Below are positions 12,446-25,700 of a stretch of DNA of 64,000 nt, piece by piece. The notes beneath the pieces are model-generated. The model had not been told where the DNA came from and ran no database searches. It saw only the letters and a list, made by a program, of their open reading frames with translations. Every line of letters begins with the position of its first letter. Position 1 is the stretch's first letter. Source of the DNA: Scyliorhinus canicula (lineage: Eukaryota); assembly GCF_902713615.1 (NCBI RefSeq), contig NW_024055751.1, positions 1,012,672-1,076,671 on the forward strand, in the 5' to 3' direction. Both the position numbers and the translations under genes were made by a program.

Positions 12446-13344
12446 TGATAATGATAACAGTTGCAATCTGCAGTTGCATCACTGAACACATCTCTGGATC
12501 GAGTCACATGAGGACACTGTGAGTATCTGGTGCAGCCAATTAACGTTGGGTCTGAAATCATCGTGAGTGAGAGAGAAGTCAGCGTTTAATGTTGTAATAG
12601 AAAAAGCTAATGCTTAATTTGACTCAAGCACCGTTGCACTGTGAATTGGATGAAGTTTGTGTCAGGCAGATAAAATTGCTGGAATTTCTCTGTATGTCAG
12701 GCAGAATCTGAGGAGAGAAACGGAGTTCAGTTTCATGTCACTGACAGGTCATCAGCACCAGGTTCATTGCCCTGAAACTAACTGTATTTGTCCCTGAAAA
12801 TGCGACCCGCCAGAGTAACACTTCTGTTTCTGAGCTGTTTGACTTGGGTTCAAATTCCACCCCAGGATTTGTTGACCATTGAAGGAGTGTTTGTACAACT
12901 GAAACAGAATATTTATCAGCCTCCAAAATGCTTCATCATCTCCGCACCTTCCTGTGAGACTGGGAATAATGTGAATGGACAAAAAACAAACAGATTTTCC
13001 ATCCGCTTTTTGACCTTTGGGTCTTTCCAGCAGCTTCCGTGGTTATTGTAGATTTCTAGTCTATGTGGGTGGTGCATTCCCTTTGCATTAATGTAATGGG
13101 AACTGCGAACAGGTCTTGTCGGCATCGATTCATTGGTGGTACGCTTATGCCCTCAGTCAGAAAGTTGTGGGTGCAAGTTCCAGTCCGGAGCCGCGACACA
13201 AAATATAGATCAATTCCTAACATGATAGCTTAGATTAAAATCTTTGGTGTCCATTATCCATTATTTCAGAAACTCAGATAGAGGGAGTAAAGGAGATTAA
13301 AAAATCTGGCCAGTCACTCCATTCAGCGGAACACGGGTTACTGA

Positions 13345-13522
13345 AATGAAATGAAATGAAAATCGCTTATTGTCACGAGTAGGCTTCAAATGAAGTTACT
13401 GTGAAAAGCCCCTAGTCGCCACATTCCGGCGCCTGTTCGGGGAGGCTGTTACGGGAATCGAAACGTGCTGCTGGCCTGCTTTGGTCTGCTTTCAAAGCCA
13501 GCGATTTAGCCCTGTGCTAAAC
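13345..13522 (-). mobile_element. Short SINE (gaaatgaaaatcgcttattgtcacgagtaggc family)
   Basis: Near-identical copies at 15090-15268, 16210-16340, 24870-25036, 25398-25575, 32370-32515 and 59375-59480. Confidence 0.8.
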
Positions 13523-13689
13523 TGGCACATCATTGATGCTTTGAGCTCTCCCCCCCCCCCCCCCAATATACTCACCGCCCCCCACCTTCCCACACACACA
13601 CATACACTCACACACACACGCACACCTCACCGCTTCTTCTGAGAAAACAAACAGCTTTTCGCCTTGGATTTGCGAAGTGGATTGCAACT

Positions 13690-13925
13690 GCCGGGCCCGG
13701 GGTCAGACTGGGGCCTGGTATAATAATAATAATCACAGAGATTAATAATCCAGTGTATCAATAACAGAGATGCCGGGCCTGGTGTCAGACTGGGGTCTGG
13801 TATAATAATGATCACAGAGACCGGCTCCAGTGTATCAATAACAGAGAGTGCGCGCCGGGGTCAGACTGGGATCTGGTATAATAATAATCACAGAGACCGG
13901 CTCCAGTGTATCAATAACAGAGACT
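13690..13925 (+). repeat. ~76-nt tandem repeat, about 3 copies
   Basis: ccagtgtatcaataacagaga at about 13750, 13827 and 13903. Confidence 0.85.
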
Positions 13926-14289
13926 GGTGATAACCTTCGGTGAAGGGAGGCAGGGGATCTCTTGAGCAGCTGATTTTAAGAGGAAGTGAAACTATCAGAA
14001 AGCAATGATGCTCCGGGCCCTAGCCTAGGCTTCATTATCATGCTGAGTGACAGGGATGTGTGTCGGAAAAGCGAATTGGAAACTTCATTGAGTGAGGTGC
14101 GTGTGATTGACTCCACCTCGGATCGTTTATACCCAATGGGAGGACAATTATGGCAGACCCTATAATGGTGCATCTGTCGGGGGAAACAAAAACATCTGTT
14201 TCTTCTTATTGTTACGCACAGTTCTCCATTTATACAGACACGCGAGAGCCGGTTCCGGCAGCTTATGAACACTATATTTCTTTCGTAGA

Positions 14290-14505
14290 TTTAGAGTATC
14301 CATTTATTTATATTTTCAATTAAGGGGCAATGTAGCGTGGCCAATCCACCTAACCTTCACAGCTTTGGGTTGTGGGGGTGAAAACCACGCGGTCACGGGG
14401 AGAAGATGCAAACTCCTCACGGACAGGGGCCCAGGACCGGGATCGTACTCGAGTCTTCAGATGCGTAGGCAGCAGTGCTAACCATTGCACCACCGTACCG
14501 TCCGA
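14290..14505 (-). mobile_element. tRNA-derived SINE (HE1-like)
   Basis: Reverse complement of the A/B-box SINE body. Confidence 0.8.
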
Positions 14506-17249
14506 GTTTATGGACACTTATGTTTAAATTATCAGATCGGGACACAAAGACTAAAAGCCAAAGCCTCATCACAGGAAGAATTAGTGCCACAAATGTTAAA
14601 GATAGTTGTTGTTTTTCGAAACAAATGCTATTTATTGTTACTTTGTCCAAAGTAGTGGATTGCAAACAGCGACGAACCTCTGTAAGATTCGTGGCAATTA
14701 TCTACACACCCAGGTTCTGCCTAAAGACAGGATTAGCAGAAGAGCAAAGCTGTGTAATGATTGCATTTTATTCGGCCTCAATGAAGGACAGGGGTAGATA
14801 CAGAAAAGGCGCTGGGACAATGATTAGAGATGAACCACTCAACTGGTCCCAGTCCTCTCATCCTTCAAATATTTATCCATCATTTTCCAAAGTTCCTGTT
14901 AAATCTGATTCCATCATACTTTCCAGATGTGAGTTGCAGTTTATAACAACTGGCTGTGTGAAAACAATCCTCCTGTTCAATACAGTAAATCTGTGTCCTC
15001 TGGTTACAGACCCTCCTGCCAGTTGTAATAGTCTCTCTTTCATTATTCTATTCAAACCTTAATGGTTTTGTTTTAGAAGTTTAATTAATGAAATGAAAAT
15101 TGCTTATTATCACGAGTAGGCTTCAATTAAGTTACTGTGAAAAGCCCCTAGTCGCCACATTCCGGCGCCTGTCCGGGGAGGCTGGTACGGGAATCGAACC
15201 ATGCTGCTGGCCTGCTTGGCCTGTTTTAAAAGCCAGCGATTTAGCCTGGTGAGCTAAACCAGCCCCTAAACAGACACACATAAAGATGGAGAAAGATACA
15301 GAGAGAGAGAGTGAAACTGAGCGAAGAAATTAGAAAGAGAGACGTGGGGTTGAGAGATAAAATCTGAGAAACAGTAAAGACAAATTACACAGGGAGAGGG
15401 AGAATGATAAAATAGTGAAATGGAACAAGATATCATTTCCTGGCTTCAGAGAACCGGGGAAACTCAGTGACTGATCCACTGACCATCCAGTTATGTCCTG
15501 GAATGGAAGCTTTGAACAGATCACAACAGGTTCATTTGTAAATGTCACCGCAATGTGATCTGTGTGAGTCTGCACTGACTCTGTGGGCAGATATAGGCCG
15601 CATTAACAGATGTTCTCACCAGATTGTGGTCCCTGGATTTATTTTCTGCTCAGAAGTGAGATGTGCGGTTTGCAACCGGCAGCAGAGAAACAGGAAGTTG
15701 TGTTACCTGAGAATGAAACAGCAGGCGTCAGTTTCATGTTATCACCGTGAACAGTCTTCCTGCCTGTGAGGGTGAACTCACTCTGACAGCATCAAGAACA
15801 CCCACACAGATTGCTGCCGTTCTCAGCATTACATCCACATCCATTCCCATTCCCTTGAAAAGGTTAGATTATTTATTTAGAAACACAGTAACCGATCGGG
15901 AGATGCACAGATGATCTTCACTGGTCATAATACAAATAATAATCTGGAGAGATGAAGGGAAATTAAAGCAACAATCTGTTAACATAGGTTATACTAATGT
16001 AGAAAGTTTGAAGTCACTTGGTGTCTGAGAACGAGAGAGAGAGGGGGGGGGGAGAGAGGGGCGGGGGGGGGGCGGGGAGAGCGGTTAAGTGAATGAGCTG
16101 GTGCCTTTCTGGCACATAATTTTCCTCTGATGACGTTTTGGTGCTTAATTATTTTCAGAAGTGCCTTCAGCAAAAAAGATTTAAACACTAGGTGCCATTT
16201 AAACACTAGGTTCCAGACTCGGCTGGCCAGTACAACGGTGCCAACCTCTCCGAATAGACGCTGGAATGTGGCGACTAGGGGCGTTTCACAGTAGCTTCAT
16301 TGACGCCTACTCGTGACAATAAGCATTTTTCATTTCATTTCATACACACACAGTTTCCGACTCTGTCTCTCACAATCAGTGGCCACACCAAAAGCAAACA
16401 GAAATCCATTCAGGAAACAGGGTGAAAGACAATTCGGACCATGAAAGGAAACAGTGGGTAATTGCCACAGATGAACACAAGTCTGAATTAGTCATATCTA
16501 ACACAATGGAGTTTGTGACTGTGTTGTGCAATGTGAAGTTCAATATGCCCCCTGTGTTTCTGTTCCTCAGCCTGGTGATGAAGTGAATGTCACAAGATTC
16601 GCTCCAACCTACAGCAAAATATTACACACCCATTACCAGACCAATCACACAACACCAAATAGTTATTCATTATGGTTTTGTAAGTGAATTAAATCTGAGA
16701 GAGAACAGAGATATTAATTAATCTAGGTGTAGTCTGAAACAAAGATATGAGAACAGATCATCAGGAGGTTTCAAGATTTATTTGCCTTTGCAACGAACTT
16801 CCATGACAGCTAATAGTTATTGACACGACAAAATGTATTCTTCCAAACACAAGTGAGTTCCCCTTTTCACGCACAAGGCAGTGGGGCAGTGGTATTGTCG
16901 CTGGACTAGTAATCCAGAGACCCAGAGTCAAGCTCTGGGGACCCGGGCTCCCACCACGGCAGGTGGTGAAATTTCAATCAAGAATGATCTGGAATTAAAA
17001 GTATAATGATGACCATGAAACCATTGTTCTGTGTAATCAAAACCCATCTGGTTCACTGATGTCCTTCAGGGAAGGATATCTGTCACCCTTACCTAGTCTG
17101 GTCTGCATATGACTCCAGATGACTCCACAGCAATGTCGTTGACTCTTAAATGCCCTCAGGGATGGGTAAGAACTGTAGGATCAGCCAGCGACATCCACAT
17201 CCCATGAAAGAATAGAACGTATTTAGTATATTGAAAATAAAATTCCATC

Positions 17250-17269
17250 TTTCTTTCTTTCTTTCTTTC

Positions 17270-17300
<31 letters not shown>

Positions 17301-17305
17301 TCCTT
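17250..17305 (+). repeat. (TTTC)n microsatellite
   Basis: Direct read. Confidence 0.95.
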
Positions 17306-17339
17306 CATCTATCTATCAACCTTTATTTTTTTCCATTCA

Positions 17340-17940
17340 TTTGCGCGATATATCGCCACTGATTGGGTCAGCAATTATGGCCCATTCCAAGTTGCCATTC
17401 AGAAGGTGGTGGTGAGCTGCCGCCTTGAATCGCTGCAGTCCCTGATATACAGTTACACCCATATAGTATTAGCGAGAGATATCCAGTATTTTCACCCAGC
17501 CACAGTGAAGGAACGGCGATATATTTCCAAGTCAAAGTGTTGAGTGACTTGGAGAGGAATCTCCAGTTGGTGGTGTTCCAAAGTATCTGCTGTTCTTGTC
17601 CTTGTTGATGGTTGTAGCCGTGGGTCTGGTAGGTGCTGAATATGAAACCTTCATCAGTTCCAACAGTAAATCTTGTGGACGGCAACAATCAAGCGACTGA
17701 TTTGTCCTGGATGGTGTAAAGCTTCTTGAGATTTGTTGAAGCTGCACTCCAGACAAGTGGAGAGTATTCCATTACACTTCAGACTTTTGCCTAGCTGATG
17801 ATGGACAGGCTTTGGGCAATCGGGATGTGAGTTACTCGCCACAGGATTTCTACACTTTGAACTGCTCTGGCAGCCACAGCATTCGTCTGGCTTGTCCAGT
17901 TCAGTTTCCGGTCACTGACAACCCCCGGGATATTGATTGT
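17340..17940 (-). mobile_element. CR1/L2-group LINE 3' fragment
   Basis: Homologous to 2490-3130. Confidence 0.7.
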
Positions 17941-18754
17941 GCGGTAATCAATGCAAATAAATCTGTTGCATTATTCTGTGGGGGAAGACTTCAGCTGTGA
18001 ATGAAATAGAGTCTTACAAAATAATATCAGAGAGTAGGCTTAACATAATATGAATGGAAACTTGGTGCAGTTGAACAACTGCTCCGAAATGGCAACTTCT
18101 AACATGTACAGCAGCATGGATTCATGCATCAATTAATTAATCCGCACATAATGTAATATTAACAGATATAAGGTCCAATGCAATGATTAAAAAAGAGTCA
18201 ATTGCAGTAGAGAGAGGTGTTTCTCAGTGCATTTCTGAATGTGACTGCACCTATTTGTTAAAACAGTAAACACAGTCTCGTGCAGTCATTACTGAGAAAG
18301 GGTGAATAGTAGTATGTATAGAAACACTGTCCCTCTTATTCAAATGTTTAACTGCAGAGAGCATTATATCCACAGATACAATGCTGAGGGAAAGATAAAA
18401 CGAAACATGGTCCTGTTCAATCATTCCAGAGACAAGTCCCAGGGTAATAATATTTGTTACACGGTTAAGTACAGTGATAACTGAAGCAGGGATGAATGTA
18501 ATACTACGAAACAAAATGTGCAGTAAAATATCAATAAATACATCGTCTAACTACAAGTAAAAACTCAACTAGAGTAACTTATCGAGGCCACAGAAATATG
18601 ATCTAATGTATTAATAACTGGAATAATATCGAAAAATATAAACACTGAGAGGGTCTAATTGAGAGAGAACTGAGAAAGGACCTATTTTATTTTAAACAGA
18701 GATGTGGAGGAGTGCGGTAATAAATGAGATGTAACCCATTGCACGATTAATATT

Positions 18755-19110
18755 GTAAGAAGTCTTACAACACCAGGTTAAAGTCCAACAGGTTTGTTTC
18801 AAACACTATCTTTCGGAGCACTGCTCCTTCCTCAGGTGAATGAAGAGGTTTGTTCCAGAAACATATATACAGACAAATTCAAAGATGCCAGTCAGTGCTT
18901 AGAATGCGAATATTTGCAGGTAATTAAGTCTTTACAGATCCAGAGATGGGGTAATCCCAGGTTAAAGAGGTGTGAATTGTCTCAGGCCAGGACAGTTGGT
19001 AGGCTTTTGCAAGCCCAGGCCAGATGGTGGAGGATGAATGTAATGCAACATGAATCCCAGGTCCCGATTGAGGCCGCGCTCATGTCTGCCAAACATGGCT
19101 ATAAGTTTAT
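18755..19110 (-). mobile_element. Penelope-like element 3' end (ORF end HERGLNRDLGFMLHY, then pLTR with hammerhead motif at 18801-18841)
   Basis: Minus-strand translation near 19085-19040; the hammerhead core lies on the same strand downstream. Confidence 0.7.
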
Positions 19111-19129
19111 GCTCGGCGATTCTGCAGTG

Positions 19130-19790
19130 ACCTCTCCTTTCCTGTTTCTAACCTCAGCCCATACTACCTCAGTGGACTAGTCCTCTTCAAACTTCCTTTC
19201 TGCCACCGTAATACTGTCCTTGACTAGCAATGCCACCCCTCCCCCTCTTTTACCACCTTCCCTGAGCTTACTGAAATATCTAAACCCAGGCACCTGCAAC
19301 AACCATTCCTGTCCCTGCTCTATCCATGTCTCTGAAATGGCCACAACATCGAAGTCCCAGGTACCAATCCATGCCGCAAGTTCACCCAACTTATTCCGGA
19401 TGCTCCTGGCACTGAAGAAGCCACACTTTAAACCAACTTCCTGCCTGATGGTACACTCCTGCAACTTTGAAACCTTACTCATGAAAGATCCTCACTCTTG
19501 GGTGAAAAAATGTCTCCTCATCTCTGTCCGAAATGAAACCTGTATCCTCAGACTATGGCCCCAAGTTCTGGACACACCCATCATAGGTAACAGCTTCCCT
19601 GCATCTACCCTGTCTAGTCCTGTTAGAATTTTATAAGCCTCTATGAGAGCCCCACTCATTCTTCTTAACTCCAGCAAGAACAATCCTGACGTAGTCAATC
19701 TCTCTTCATATGACAGTCCCGCGGTCCCTGGTGTTGTAACAAGGATGCGTCCAGCCTGGCTGCAACAGGTCACTGGCTTTTTCATGTACA
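19130..19790 (-). mobile_element. CR1 LINE fragments (APE endonuclease N-terminus and ORF2 C-terminus)
   Basis: SARSIRNK...DVVAISETW...GGGVALLVK; LSYEERL...EAYKILTGLDRVDA...GHSLRI. Confidence 0.85.
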
Positions 19791-19799
19791 CAGGCAGAT

Positions 19800-22700
19800 A
19801 GGTGGCAGATAAAATTCAATGCAGAGAAGTGATGCATTAAAACTAAATATTGAGGGGGGGGGGGTGGGGTGCGGGTCGGTTGTCTGAAAAGTTAGGAAAC
19901 CAAAGTTAAAAGAGAAGGTGAGAGTGCAGTGAGAATGATCAGGACATTAACCGAGTAAAACGGACCGAGGGCTCAGGGGAGGTTTGTAAAGTTTCCAGAA
20001 CACGTCCGAGAGTAGGGAGTATGAAATGTGGCAGGTATGCAACTTCAGGCACAGCAGAAAAACGGACAATGTAGAGAAGGGATGATCAACGCAGAACTGG
20101 GGGTGGTGCACCTAAATGTGCACAGTGTACGAAACAAGGTAAATGAACTCTTGCACTCATTGGAATTGGGCGGTACGATGTTGCGGACATCAGAGAAACG
20201 TGGCTGCGAGGGAATCAGGGCTGGGATCTAAATATCCAAGGATATGTGTCCTATCGAAAGGACAGGTAGATGGGAAAAGGGAGCGGGGTTGCATTGCGAG
20301 TAAGGAATGAAATTAACTCGATAGCAAGAAACACTTTAGGGTCAGAAGGCATAACATTCCTGTGATCAGAGTTGACGAATCGCAAAGGAACAAAGAAACT
20401 GATGAGAGTTACATTCAGCCCCCGAGCCGTAGTCAGAATGTGGGGCAGAAAATAAATCAGGCGATAGAAGCAATATTACACTAATCATGGGTGACTTCAA
20501 TATGCAGGAGGACAGGGAAAGTCAGGCTGGGGGCAGATCCCAAGAAAAAGAATTTGTGGAACATCGACGGAGCAGCTTGTGATAGAGCCCAGTCGGGAAC
20601 AGGCAATTGTGCATTTGGTGATGTGTAATGAGGTAGACTTGAATAGGGAACTTCAGGTGAAGGAACCCTCACGGGGCAATCACCACAATATGATAGAATT
20701 CACCCTGCAGTTTGGGAGGTAGAAGCTGGAATCAAATGGAATGGTTATACAATTGAATAAAGGTAACTACAAAGATAAAGGGAGGACCTGGCCAGAGTTG
20801 ATTGGAAAGGGAGCTGAGCAGGAAGACAGTGGGACAGCAGTGGCAGGACGTTTTGGGGAATATTGGCGAGGCACTGCACAAATTCATCCCAAGGCAGAGG
20901 AACCATGCTAAGGGGAGGACAGGGCATCCGTTTTTTAAAAGTATTTCTATTAAGGTTTTGCAGAATTTTTCATAATAAAACAATAGTAACAATAATAACA
21001 AAACAAACTAGAGTGAACATTAACTTAGCGTAAAAAGAGAATATAAAATAACAATTAAATAGACATTACCCCACGTGACCTAGTCTTCCCACACCATTCC
21101 AATGAAGCACTCACCCCCCCCCCGCCCCGACCCTCCCCCCCCCCCCCCCCCCCACTACGGTTTGCTGCTGCTGCCGACATTTTAATTTTCTCCAAGAAAG
21201 TCGAAGAACGGGTGCTACCTCCGAGAGAGCCCTAGCATAGGCCCTCTTGAGGCAAACTTTATTTTCTCGAGGCTGAGAAACCCAGCCATGTCGGTAACCC
21301 AGGTTTCTACACTCGGGGGCTTCGAGTCCCTCCACATTAATAAAATCAATCTCTGGGCTACTAAGGAGGCAAAGGGCAAGACGTCGGCCTCTTTCGCCCC
21401 GTGAACTCTCAGGTCTTCTGCCACTCCGAATATCGCTATCTCTGGACTTGGCACCACCCGTGCGTTAAGCACCTTGGATTTTGCCCTCGTGAACCCTTGC
21501 CAGAACTCTCTAAGTTCCGGGCATGCCCAAAACATGTGTGTGGACATGGTTTGCAGGGCTGCCCTTGCACCTCACACAACTGTCCTCTACCCCAAAAAAC
21601 TTGCTCATTCTCGCTGCTGTCATGTGTGCCAGTCTAAATTGAATTAGACTGAGCCTGGCACATGATGAGGAGGAATTAACCCTGCCCAGGACCTCTGCCC
21701 ACAGACCCGCTTCCAACTCCTCACCAACTCCTCCTCCCAGTTACACCTGAGCTGCTCCACCGGGGTTTCCTCCGCCTCCTGTAGTTCCTGGTAGATATCC
21801 GACACCTTCCCTTCCCCCACCCAGGTGCCGGAGACCACTCTGTCCTGCATCCTCAGTGGCGGCAGCGTTGGAAAGGCCACTACCTGTTTTTTCAGGAAGG
21901 CTCGTGTTTGCAGATATTTGAAGGTGTTTCCTGGCGGCAGATTACATTTGTCCTCTAGCGCCTTCAAACTGGGAAAGCTTCCGTCTATGAACAGATCTCC
22001 CATCCTTCTGATGCCTGCCCTCTGCCAGCTCTGGAACCCACCATCCATCCTACCCGGGACAAACCTGTGGTTCTTGCATGAGGACAGGGCATCCATGGTT
22101 GTCAAGGGAAGTCAAGGACAGCATAAAAGCAAAGGAATAAGCATACAATATGGCGAAGATTAATGGGATGCCAAAGGATACGGAAGCTTTTAAAAGCTGA
22201 TATAATGTAAAAGCTAATAAAGATTTTTATTATTACTTTTGAACTGTGGGCACTGTTTCTACGTTTTCATACGATGCCAAGATACGTAGAGGAACAAGTC
22301 GTGCTGCGGAAGCAGAGAGGCTGCAAAAAGACCTGGTCAGGCTAAGAAACGATCTGCTGGCCTTGGAGAAGCTCCCGAGGAGATTCACAAGACTGATCCT
22401 CGGAATGACGGACTTGTCATATGAGGAGTGGTTGAGGACTCTGGGTCTCTGCTGGATAGAGTTTAGAAGGATGAGGTGCTGTGAGGGGAGTGGGGCGCGG
22501 GGCGGGGGCGGGGGTGGGGTCACATTGAAACTTACAGAATAGCGAGAGGCCTAGTAGGTGAAACTAGAACCCAAGGGCACAGCCTTAGATTTAAGGGACG
22601 AGCCTTCAAAACTGAGAATTCATTCAGCCAGAGTGTCTTGAATCTGTGGAACTCATTCCCGCCGCAGGCTGTGGAGGGCAAATCACTGAGTGTCTTTAAG
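19800..22700 (+). mobile_element. Decayed CR1 LINE (endonuclease to 3' end) interrupted by an L1
   Basis: HLNVHSVRNKVNEL (20028-20231); MTDLSYEEWLRTLGL (22246-22542). Confidence 0.75.
20931..22079 (-). mobile_element. 5'-truncated L1-clade LINE with short poly(A) and 15-bp TSD
   Basis: HMFWACPELREFW...AIFG...FASLVAQRLILL; gaggacagggcatcc at 20915-20929 and 22080-22094. Confidence 0.85.
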
Positions 22701-25700
22701 GGAACTGAGGTAACGATGAGTAGGGAGTGAATACCAGAGCTTAGGACTGAGGCATATGTAGACATCGCAAAGTGAACCAAATAATTCTGAAGATAACAAT
22801 ACGTCTTGATCGATTGGATTTGCAAAAATTAAGAAAAATGTTTCATATTCACACCTACATGAACGACCAATACGTCTGGGCAGCGATTTTAGTTGCTCTT
22901 CTTAACCAGATGAGTATTGAATGATTGGGTGGATATTTCTCCTATGGGTGCCCATCATTAGCATCGTGGCGATACTGTGGGAACACGGTTGTGTCTAACT
23001 CTGCCAGTGCATCAGGTTATTGGTTAATATAAATCGAGAGACAATAGGAACATGGTCCGGTGTAATATCAACAGACACAGGCCCTGGTGTGATGTAAAGA
23101 TACAAATTCCTGTGGAATATAGAAGAGGCGAAACTTAATGTAATATAATCCCATACATGTTCTAGCGTGTAATTAATTGAGTGCAGCTCAAACAGTACAG
23201 TGTAGTATAGACAGGGACAGGGGTTACTTTAATAGAAATAAAGACAGGGTCTCATTCAACATGAGAAGAAACAGATTTGATGTAATGCAGTGACATAGAA
23301 AATAGAGCAGCAGTGGACCATTCTGCCCTTCGAGCCTGCTCCGCTGTTCATTATGATCATGGCACCTCAGTAACCTGTTCCCACTTTCCCCCATATCATC
23401 TGGTCCCTTCAGAGTTTTGATCCCCAAGAGCTATATCTAACTCTTGCTTGAAAACATACAATACTGTGGACTTAACTTCGTTCTGTGGTAGAGAATTCCA
23501 CAGGCTCTCGACTCCCAGGGTGAAGATAATGCCCCTCATCTCAGTCCTAAATGTTTTACCCCATATCCTTAGTCAGTGACCCCTGATTCTATCTCCCCCG
23601 CCATCGGGACCATCCTTTCTGCATCCGCCCTGTCTAGTCCTAATACAATTTGATAGGTTTATAATCAGAGGGGGGATTTAATATTTCATAAATTCGTGTC
23701 TTCTGATTTCTGGCCCTCCTGCCAGTGAATTAAGTTTCTTCCTAATTAATCAAACAAAACCCTTCATAATTGTGACCATTTTTATCACGCCTCCCAAAAA
23801 CTGCTCAGTTCTAAGGAAAACAATTCCATCTTCCAACCGCTCTGTCCGTGCAGCTGATGCAGTGGGAAGATCAGGTTGTAAATATTTTTCTGCCTTGCTT
23901 GTGTTCAGATACTATTTTTGGAATTACTGACATTTTATATGGAGCCAGTGGAATTCCCATTCACCAATACCATCCTGTCCGAATTAGACACATGACGGGG
24001 GCAGCAGGGTGGTGCAGTGGTTAGCACTGTTGCCTCACAGTGCCGAGGTACCAGGTCCGATCCTGACTCTCGGTCCCTGACCGCGTGAAGTTTGCACATT
24101 CTCCCCGTGTCTGCGTGGGTTTCACCCCCGAAACCCGAAGATGTGCAGGGTAGGTGAATTGGCTGCGCTAAATTGCCCTTTGATTTGGAAAAAAATAATT
24201 GGTTACTCTAAATTTATAATAAGACACAAGACTAATAAAAGACTATCCTCTGAAAATTAAATTGACCCATGTTAGGCTGGACCCAGAATTAGAACTTTAG
24301 ATACACTGAGCAATAGTTCAGAATGTAATGTCAACATGCAAGCCATGACAGGTTAACAGTCCTGTCTCAGTGGAATCAATATCACTTCTCACAACAGATA
24401 CCTGAGCCCATGATCCAGATGTGACCCAATGCAGGAGTATTTTATGTTTCAGTTGCTCCATCTTTTAGATGTGATGATATTACAGTCTTAGGGCTGCTTC
24501 AAAATATTATTACTGGACTGGTAATCTGGATGCTTGAACAATTACTTCAGAGACTCGAGTACAAATTCCACCAGGGCATATTGCAATGATGTGAGCAGTT
24601 TGGGTCTCCTTACCAAGGGGTAGATATTTTGAAGGCAGTACAGAGAAGGTTAATCTCGGGTATGGATAGATTTTCACAGATAGCTGGAATTAAGAGGTTC
24701 TTCGGTCCATCAAATAGAGAAGAATCCGGCCCTGGATAGTCTTGAAACACAGACCTTTCGGTTTACAGCGAAAAGCGTTGACCAATTGCACCACAGAGAC
24801 TGTCATGAGCAGAGTGTAAGTAAGGAAGACCTACACGCATTGGAGTTTTGAAGAATGAGGCGAACTTACGGACAGGGTTAATTGCTGGCTTTGAAAGCAG
24901 ACCAAGGCAAGCCAGCAGCACGGTTCGATTCCCGTACCAGCCTCCCCGAACAGGCGCCGGAATGTGGCGACTAGGGGCTTTTCACAGTAACTTCATTTGA
25001 AGCCTACTCGTGACAATAAGCGATTTTCATTTTCATATGTAGTATTTTCAAGGAGCTTGACAGTGTGGATGCTCGAGGTTGTTTCTGCTTGTGGGAGAGT
25101 CTGGGGCCGTAGGGCACCATCTCAGAGTAAGGTGTCGCTCATTTCAGACGAGGATGAAGAGGAATTTCTTCTCTGAGAGGGGAGTGATTCTATGGTCCGG
25201 AGAATTGGAGAAGCCGGGTCAATAAATATGTCCAAGACTGAGACAGACAGATTTTTCATCAGTAAGGAAATCAAGGGTTATGGGGATAAGGCGGAAAAGT
25301 GGAGTTGAGGATTTTATCAGATCAGCCACGATCTCATTGAATGGCAGATCGTATTCCATGGGCCGAATGGCCACCTTCTGCTCCTACATCTTATGGTTTG
25401 AAAATGAAAATCGCTTATTGTCACAAGTAGGCTTCAATGAAGTTACTGTGAAAAGGCCCGAATCGCCACATTCCAGCACCTATCCGGGGAGGCTGGTACA
25501 GGAATCGAACCGTGCTGCTGGCCTGCTTGCTCTGCTTTAAAAGCCAGCAATTTAACCCAGTGAGGTAAACCATCCCCTGGTTTTATGGCAGCTGGGGGAC
25601 TTTCAATTGAATTAATGAATAAATCACAAATAAAATTGTCACGTCATTCATAATACTCATGAAGCTCTTGAAATTTCCCAAAGCCCAGCAGGTTCACCAA

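Noticed and set aside
12515-12643. Two cactgtg heptamers (12515, 12637)
   Set aside because: No acceptable nonamer at 12 or 23 spacing and no FGXG/WGXG or YYC context.
12788-13051. ORF MRPARVTLLFLSCLTWVQIPPQDLLTIEGVFVQL... with signal-peptide look and V-framework-1-like L/EG/V/L spacing
   Set aside because: No C23, WYRQ, YYC or RSS; spacing too short for a V domain; contains a SINE B-box-like gggttcaaattcc. A tBLASTn search would settle it.
15400-15560. VKWNK...PVMSWNGSF, Ig-C-like words
   Set aside because: In-frame stops, wrong spacing and no cysteines.
12690-16030. Several strong minus-strand splice acceptors (~12709, 15707, 15946, 16022) suggesting a hidden gene
   Set aside because: Downstream frames close quickly or show no TCR/Ig C, hinge or TM motifs; could be lncRNA, which cannot be tested without RNA data.
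16571-16679. Possible plus-strand exon (ttcctcag|PGDEVNVTRF...LWF|gtaagt)
   Set aside because: Isolated 109-nt frame with no recognisable homology or partner exons.
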